A stretch of 61,203 bases of DNA, the filler included, from Nemertoderma westbladi (lineage: Eukaryota; Animalia; Xenacoelomorpha), in NCBI GenBank assembly GCA_032718475.1. It is 2 parts of 2 records of this genome, joined end to end, with 100 filler letters (N's around TTAATTAATTAA, not from the genome) between each part and the next. Parts side by side here need not be neighbours in the genome. Positions count along the whole stretch, not along the records: positions 29,606 to 61,203 come from JAUCBJ010008020.1; 1 more part is not named here. One strand, given 5' to 3'. The notes under the pieces were generated by a model. The model saw only the letters and a program-made list of their open reading frames with translations, was not told where the DNA came from and made no database searches. The position numbers and the translations under genes were made by a program. Within the stretch, counting starts at the first letter, position 1, and each line of letters starts with the position of its first letter. Below are positions 53,035-61,203 of the stretch, piece by piece.

Positions 53035-53922
53035 CACCATAACCCTTAATACAACAACCATTTTTAGGGGATCGGAGCCCCCCCCCCCCCCCCCCCTAAT
53101 TTTTTTTAAATTTCAATAAAATGCTACGAAATTCTGTATGATGATAGATCGACACCTTTTCTTACTGGTGGCCTGGTCCGATTTTTTAATTTACGAGCTA
53201 TTTCGATACAACAAGCCGTTAAAAATTGTCTGTTTCGCAATATTTAGCCACCTCCGTCGGATTTATTTTCGTCTTTGGAATGAAATCTAGATATCATTAG
53301 ATCCGCCTTCATCTGCATATTCCGAATCTGAAAACTGTTTTAAACTTCACCAATAATTTCGGAGATATTATCAAAATACTAAGGTGTAAATTTTGTGACA
53401 TAAATCGCTATAATTCTAATGTTTTTTTTACTCAATTCTAGAATATGAATTATGGGTAATGAAAAAACAAGATGGAGAGTTTTATACGCTCAGCTAAAAA
53501 ATAATTAATATTCTAAAATAAAGACAACAAAACATCAGAATTATAGCGATTTACGTCTCTAAATTTACACATTGGTATTTTGATAATATCTTTACCAAGT
53601 TTTGGTTAAATTTAAAACGGTTTTCAGATTCGGAATCTACAGACGAAGGCGGTTCTAATGATATCTAGATTACATTTCAAAGACGTAAAATAAAGTCTAC
53701 GGAGGTGGTTAAACATTGCTAAATAGACATTTTTTAAGGGATTGTTGTATGGAGATAACTGAGAAATTGAAAAATCCGGCCAGGCCACCAGTAAGAAAAG
53801 GTGTCGATCTATCATCATACCAAATTTCGTAGCATTTTATTGAAATTTGAAAAAAATTAGGGGGGGGGGGGGGGCTCCGACCCCCTAACAATGGTTGTTG
53901 TATTGTATTAAAGGTTATGGTG
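53035..53922. mobile_element. Foldback MITE, Tc1/mariner-type (TA TSD), ~400-bp inverted arms
   Basis: TA|CACCATAACC ... GGTTATGGTG|TA; arms complementary over most of their length. Confidence 0.88.
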
Positions 53923-54477
53923 TACTATGATATGAATATATGAGGTTTGGGGTTACATGCAAGTGGGAGTGTTAGTGTACGACTTATGTGATTACGTACA
54001 ACAAATACCATGATCTCGTCCTAATTGGCTTCCTGGAAAACATGCAACAGCGCAACAGCTCTATAACCAATCGTCAGCTTTGGCGCAACAGCGCAATAAC
54101 TTAGGGTTGGTTTATTCATTCTACTCTAATTCCATTGGCTTGTAGATTCTTTTGCATTCTATAACATTCTATTTCTGTAGCCCCGATGGCGCAACACCAA
54201 CAAAGCAATGAATAGCCAAAACTACAGTCTGACGGTGTAGTCGGTTAATAGTACCTTTCACAGGGAACTATAACTGTATATTAAACCCGCTGTCTAACTA
54301 TATATATAATAAAAGCACGTTACTTTCTAAAAGGGATACCGACCTATACCGAGCTATAACAATCCAATGCAGAAGTAAACCGAGCTAAAACCGGCCTATA
54401 ACAATGCAATAAAGAGCTATTACGATCTATACCGTGCTAGTAGAATGCAGGCATAGCCTATATGAATATTCCTAGCT

Positions 54478-54590
54478 ATTCTGGCGCTTAGAAGGATAAT
54501 CGAAGAGTTATCAACAAAGAAAGACGTACATGTACGTCTTGTAACTATCTTTGTTGACTTCTTTAAGGCCTTCGATTCAGTCACCCGACC
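54478..54590 (+). mobile_element. Short RTE-like RT fragment
   Basis: Translates LALRRIIEELSTKK...TIFVDFFKAFDSVTR. Confidence 0.65.
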
Positions 54591-54699
54591 TACGCGTGGT
54601 CGGGATCAGCACACAGTCGGACTCGGACAGTACTTGCAGCATGTGGGATTATGAGGAAATTATTGTAAAAAATTGCATGAGGAAATTATTGTAGCTAAG

Positions 54700-55890
54700 C
54701 TACTACTACTACTACTACTACTAGGATCGGCATGCTGCATTGCAGCTGCATTTTTAAGAATGCTGTGCCGGCTTGTCAACAAAATTGCACCGCCACAACT
54801 CCCTATCACCCATGACATTTGCTAGATCATCCGCATCTTTAAGGCCAGTGTCCTTTAAGATGCGTCTCAGGAAAGTCATGGGCTGTCCAACATGCTTATT
54901 CACTCCATGAGGCTGCCAAAGTTCAAGATTATGCACTGGCTGGTCCTCACGGCGAAAGCAATGTCCTGCAAAGCGGAGGCGATTTTGTTCTAGTGTCAAG
55001 CTTGGGGGAACCAATGAGACACCTCCAATGTTATATAGTGTCTGGTTGGAGATGTGTGCATTGTACTTGACACAATGAACCCGGCGTAGCATTCTTGTGA
55101 ATGTGCCATCCAGAGATTTGGTGTCCTCAGCAGTTAGAGCCCAGCATGGACTCCCGTAGAGGAGTACTGGAACTACTGCTGCTCTAAATAATCGGACCTT
55201 AAGTTTCCTATTCAGGGCTGCCCATGCCTTTCCCTTACGTATTCGAAGGTCCTCACCTGACTTCCGGATCCATGATCCCAGGTAACAGAAGTCGTCCACA
55301 TGCTCAAGCATACCATCCTTTGAGCTTATGCTCATCCGATCAGAGACTTGCTGAGGACTTTCAAAGTTAACTGTCAGAATTTTGGTCTTTCTGGAGTTAA
55401 TAAAAAGACCAACACTAGAAGCAGCATGTTCTAATGAGCTGAGGAGCCGTTGGGCTCCCTCTAATGATTCTGAGAGTACTCCTAAGTCATCAGCAAAGTC
55501 TAGATCAGTTAGGTACTTGGCAGGATTTCCTCGACTTCTGGAGCCAGTAGGTGGAGTTATCATCACCCCATCATCATTATGATGATCTAAGGACATGCGT
55601 AGAACATAGTCAACCACAATAATGAACAAGAATGGTGCAAGTGTGTCTCCTTGGAGGACGCCCCATAACACTTCAAATGGTTCTGTGTCACCGTCAACAG
55701 TAGACACAAATGTTGTCGAACCATCGTATACTGATCTGATTGCTGCAATAATTTCATCAGGAATCCCATATAATGAAAGTATGCTGAACATACGTGACCG
55801 AGAGACTGAATCAAAGGCCTTGAAGAAGTCAACAAAGATAACAGCCAGATGCCTGTCTTTCTTTTTTGATAAGAATCCGAAAACAATCCA
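54700..55890 (-). mobile_element. 5'-truncated RTE-clade LINE (RT C-terminal half) with (TAG)n tail
   Basis: IFVDFFKAFDS, GVLQGDTLAPFLF, LDFADDL, DFCYLGS, RLRFAGHC; (CTA)n at 54700-54723 on the + strand. Confidence 0.92.
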
Positions 55891-58105
55891 TTTCCAGAGA
55901 TAAAATCCTGAAGATGGACAGAATTTCGGTTAACACTATTGCTATAGACCCAGGGCGATGTAGGTGATTAATGCAGATTTGCATTAAAGTCTCCCAGGAA
56001 TGTTAAGAATGCATGCTGAATGCTACAGTACAGTATCAGATCACTGTACGTAGAGGCCTACGATGGTCCACGTTTGTGTCTACTGCTTCAACGCAGATAA
56101 CTTTACTTTACTTTGTAAAGCACACTTTGCCATTCTTAATACATAAAGTACAGCAACAGGGAGGGGGGGGGGGGGTTCTTTCGAAGCAATAAAAAGGCTG
56201 CCAGGGATAGTCGACGCCAATAACGGAAGCTTACTCCTAAAAATAAAAGTCTAACCGGTTTTATTGACTTTCGTTTATTGTACTGTTGTACTAGGCACAT
56301 ATCTACCCATATACTCTGATTGTATACAAATTAATGGCAGAAACAGATTCACCATTATTATTAATTACCGGTCAGCCGGTACCCCTAATAATAGTCCACT
56401 GGTACAATATAGTGAGAGTGAAAGAATATCAATTATCAGTATTGTGATACTGTACAACACTGTCAGACTGTAGCCGAAGAAATATTTAAAAAATGATGGC
56501 TCATAAGTTTTAGGGCCTAGCAGAAAGCAGAGGGTAGCAAAGCAATCGGCTGAACGGCCTGTCTTCTGGTAGGCCTTGGGGCTGTTAGACTGCATAGCGC
56601 ATCCGGTATTTTTTGTTTCTGTTCTGTGTTTGTTGCGCCATCAGCGCTGCGTAAATAGACTCTTATACGCAACAGAATGTACAAGCAAATGGGATTCGAG
56701 TTAAATGAATAAACCAATCCTAGGTTGTTGCGCTGTTGCGCCAATAAAGCTGACGATTGGTTATATAGCTGTTGCGTGTTTTCCAGGAAGCCTCCTGAAT
56801 CAACCGGGAGCACCAAACTTTATCTCGACCCGCTACACGAACGGAAAAACATAATTGTAACCCAACAACCCTAAGTAACCTTAATAATGGCATGCTGCCA
56901 TTATTATTATCTATTGTTACTATTCCGAACTTTCCATATTATTGACTAAAACACCGTGTTGTACCCAACCATTTCATAATGTATTCTTATATATTTACCC
57001 GTGACATTACTTATAAAGTTAATCTTTTCATCACATATTTATGTTATATATTATACTTTCCCTTGGCCTTTCTTACCTATTTAGATAGTTACCATTGGCC
57101 TATATTTAAATTATATTATTTATCAATATATAAATAATATATTCCATAAATCATGTATTACACTCATTTTTCATTATATCACATATTAAACTGTTCGTTT
57201 TTAAACTAAACTTTCGTTTTTGCTGTTAAAAATAATGTATCACCATGCGTGCGATCATACTGCTTTCTTACCCCACTGTGTTGTTCAATATCTCCCTTTA
57301 TGCACGGTAGATATAATCTATCATACTTCTAACAAGTTTTCAAATTAATGTTCATTTTCGTGAACTTTATACTGTTGTATTGGTCTCATTATTATATATA
57401 TATTCGCTTTATTTGTATACGTTAAAATTTTCTTAAGCACTACCGTTGTTCTACATTTGTTTTCTGTGTATCATAAATCATTATCTGTTTCTTTGTAGTC
57501 AATAATATAATACATAACATTCATACAAAGTTTGTGTTGTGAACGAAAGTCAATGAGTATGACTCATTAACATTCATATAAGGTAACTTGACTTTGCATA
57601 GGTACAACGGCCAAAAGTGGGGCCTATTTATAGTTAACTATTGTAGTACATAAAAAGGGGGTTTATCTGTTGGGGCTTTGTTGTACCTCAAGTTCGATTA
57701 TTGGCACCATTCGTTCCTGTTTAGTCAGTACATTGCGATTTTATTATGATTTTTGTGCTCTATGTATGTCTAGATACCCCATCTTATATTGATATAATTT
57801 TTGATCATTGAAATGATCTATATAAATATATATACCACTAATACCAGGGTTTGTTTCTTTCCTCATGTTTCCTTATTATTGTAATAGTAGATATAAAGTT
57901 ATATTCATACATCATCTGTCACCATATGTGCAAGATATTATCCAATGTGTTATGAGATTATCCAATTATTATTCAGTCCAAATCCAATTATTAAGTCATT
58001 ATCCAATGACTTATGAGAGATAATAGACTCATTATTATCAAGTTAACATTATACTATTGTAACTCTGACATTGTGTTATTCGTTATTGAGCATCACGACA
58101 CTTAC

Positions 58106-58426
58106 CACGTTCATCCATATCAAACCCTCGACCGGGAGTCTTCCCTACAGTTGGCCCCCTGCTGTCAGGACTGGATAGTGTTAAATTTATACGAAATTGA
58201 AACAATGACAGTTCCTGATGCATTTCTCCATCTAAAATTACACTCACAATTCGGGCCACTACATGCCTAACTTGTGATAACTCTACCCACTGAACTACCT
58301 TATAATCCATTAATTGCAACTTTTCCAATTAACAACATACAGTACAGTATATTGCCCATTACAACTCTGCTGGAATTCACGCTGGCTAATCCTTGGATAG
58401 TTAAAGGCTGAAAGGTGTGTTAAACC
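58106..58426 (-). other. Possible exons of an unidentified minus-strand gene
   Basis: Strong G|GTAAGT donor at ~58105 after ...PTVGKTPGRGFDMDER, and a tttcatag acceptor at ~58427. No recognisable domain. Confidence 0.25.
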
Positions 58427-58430
58427 TATG

Positions 58431-59402
58431 AAAAATTGAAACATTGTTTCTGCAGAGTGAAAAATTGAAACATTGTTTCTGCAGAGTGAGATATTGAAAC
58501 ATGGTTTCTGCAGAGTGAGAAATTGAAACATTGTTTCTGCAGAGTGAGACATTGAAATATTGTTTCTGCAGAGTGGAAAATGGAAACATTGTTTCTGCAG
58601 AGTGAGAAATTGAAACTTTATTTCTGCAGAGTGAGAAATGGAAACATTGTTTCTGCAGAGTGAGAAATTGAAACATTGCTTCTGCAGAGTGAGAAATTGA
58701 AACATTGTTTCTGCAGAGTGAAAATTGAAACATTGTTTCAGCAGAGTGAGAAATTGAAACATTGTTTCTGCAGAGTGAGAAATTGAAACATTGTTTCTGC
58801 AGAGTGAGAAATTGAAACATTGTTTCTGCAGAATGAGAAATTGAAACATTGTTTCTGCAGAGTGAGAAATTGAAACATTGTTTCTGCAGATGAAAAATTG
58901 AAACATTGTTTCTGCAGAGTGAGATATTGAAACATTGTTTCTGCAAAGTGAAAATCTGCAGAGTGAGAAATTGAAACATTGTTTCTGCAGAGTGAAAAAT
59001 TGAAACATTGTTTCTGCAAAGTGAAAATCTGCAGAGTGATAAATTGAAACATTGTTTCTGCAGAGTGAAAAATTGAAACATTGTGTCTGCAGAGTTAGAA
59101 ATTGAAACATTGTTTCTGCAGAGTGAGAAATTGAAACATTGTTTCTGGAGAGTGAGAAATTGAAACATTGTTTCTGCAGAGTAAGAAATTGAAACATTGT
59201 TTCTGCAGAGTGAGAAATTGAAACATTGCTTCTGCAGAGAGAGAAATGGAAACATTGTTTCTGCAGAGTGAGAAATTGAAACATTGTTTCTGCAGAGTAA
59301 GAAATTGAAACAATGTTTCTGCAGAGTAAGAAATTGAAACATTGTTTCTGCAGAGTAAGAAATTGAAACATTGTTTCTGCACAGTAAGAAATTGAAACAA
59401 TG
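58431..59402 (+). repeat. 29-bp minisatellite, about 33 copies
   Basis: GAAATTGAAACATTGTTTCTGCAGAGTGA, period 29 (e.g. 58741 to 58770). Confidence 0.96.
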
Positions 59403-61203
59403 TCTCGCCAAAACAATTACTTCATTACCCATTGCATCATGATTTCAACTGAATCGGAAACACAACAGGCCCATATGTAATAGACGAACTCAAGTAATGA
59501 AATAATAATACGCAAGGCCGGAATCCACTGGGAAAATTCCTGAACATATAACATTTTTACTCCTATGGGCCTACTGTATAAAAGAGTAAATGACCCATCA
59601 AACAAATAGAATCACACAGTTTAGGCTGATAAAATTTAAATTTAAAAATAAGTCTCCACACATTAGTATAGGCCTACCTACGTAGACAGTGTTTCAGTGA
59701 TCATAAATGTCATAATCCCGGTTTGTTTTTGTAATTGAATATACTTCTACCAGTTTTCACACATCTTCTTTAACAACAATCAACACCAACTTTCCAAGTT
59801 AAAAAAAGTAAATTTTCTTCGGCCGCTATGCCAGGGATTACGCACAAAGTCTGACGACTTATTTCCAGTGCGGTCGCCCCAGAACTTTACTCCCCAGAGG
59901 AAACTCCAGTACTCATTTAGCTACCACTTCAGGATGCAAGGCAGAGAAGCGCCCTGGCTTATTTTAGTGGCATATTAAGTTATTCACTAAAGTAGTTAAC
60001 ATAGATTGATAGAAAATATTGATAGAAAAGATTGATAAAAAAAACAAAAAAATTGATAATTCAACAATTCAACTTGAAATTCAACTCAATCCTGATTGGT
60101 GCTTTTCTTTTCATTTCTTTATGTTAGTCCTAGAATATCGATATAAATGCCGTAAATTGTATCTTTTCACTTTGCTAAATGTAATTCAGACGACCAGGCT
60201 CGCCACTAGCATATTTAATTGCTAACTTAGCCAACAGTTGATGTCGTCAGCTACTATGAACTAACTTAACTATTTAAATGTTTTTTAAGTTCGTAATTAT
60301 TTGATACGATGATGATGAAATAAATAAACTTGAAACTTGGTCATCATTAAAAGATCTCATAAACCCCATTAAAGACACTATGATTCTTCGGTGACCTGGG
60401 CACGTAAGATCATTTATTATACTTCCAATTTTATGATTTTATTACGTTTTCTAATTAAAAAACGCTGTGAAAAAAATACTTCTTTAATAAAAAAAATACA
60501 TCTTTTTCAAAATTATATTTCAACTTTCGAGATTTTGCACTCTGATACTGAATCTTTAGATTGCATTCTTTGGTATGTTTGAATATACAGTAACAGTAAT
60601 AGATATAGATACCATTCACAGTTATAGGTCTATACTGTAGTACTGTGGCTATAAATAATCTAAGCCAAATTACAAAATAACGCGATAAGAAGTACAGTAA
60701 AAACTATTTACATACTTGTGTGAAAAGTAGCACTTTACAGTGTTGATCCGAGTGGCTTTGTTACACGAACGAACGTTAGTGAGTGAGTGAAAATAAAGCC
60801 ACGAGGATCAGGTACATATACATTATAAGTGATAGAAAGTGCACAGCACAAAGTTGCTGTATAATTAAATGTAAAAATGACATGAATTATGTTATATAAA
60901 TAAGTTAGCTTATATTTATGGTGGCGTTTGGAGCCATGTTAATAATATAGCTACTGCTATTAATAGCTATACCCCGCCTACCGGTAGGTAATGCAGTAGG
61001 CCTATCTGGCTGTCAGGCAAATTTCCACCTATTGTTTACGTGGTAACCAATGACGGCGTTAAGTAATGTCCACCACAGTAAGAGGACATTACTTAACTGA
61101 TAACACCAAATACAATGCTAAATGTACAGGCCAATACAATGCTGTAATGTTGTTCGCGCTTTCAGACCTTTGGCAGTTTAACCCACCAAATTAAGATGTC
61201 TTC

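Larger units (their letters stand above)
54027..56791. mobile_element. Unclassified TIR element with long diverged inverted arms, hosting RTE insertions
   Basis: GGCTTCCTGGAAAACA...TATAACCAATCGTCAGCTTT...GCGCAACAGCGCAA at 54027-54120 is inverted at 56704-56791. True termini unclear. Confidence 0.7.

Noticed and set aside
58310-59432. 368-aa and 343-aa ORFs
   Set aside because: By-products of a stop-free 29-bp repeat.

Overview
AT-rich animal (invertebrate-like) genomic DNA, mostly transposons and tandem repeats, made of two contigs joined by an artificial N/TTAATTAATTAA/N linker (29506-29604). Host genes: two phase-1 EGF-like exons (19828-19932, 20411-20554) that the ORF track misses, and a two-exon C2H2 zinc-finger gene (48941-52921, about 473 aa, 8 fingers). 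Mobile DNA: the 3' part of an LTR element with a decayed triple-CCHC ORF; CRE, CR1-like and RTE LINE relics; a frameshifted pogo DD35D transposase; and many non-autonomous TIR elements (piggyBac, Kolobok, CACTA-like, Tc1/mariner, Helentron-like). Most notable: (1) a ~9.8-kb, 67-bp satellite with higher-order structure whose monomer is the splice acceptor plus first 31 nt of an EGF exon, mirrored by a donor-site minisatellite on the next exon; (2) a zinc-finger N-terminus resembling the N-terminal helical motif of GAF-containing phosphodiesterases; (3) three unrelated elements sharing CAGT termini, 5-bp TSDs and palindromic subterminal repeats; (4) direct evidence of a TA-GGCC-TA insertion from comparing duplicated copies. 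All family assignments rest on motif recognition by eye, not database searches.
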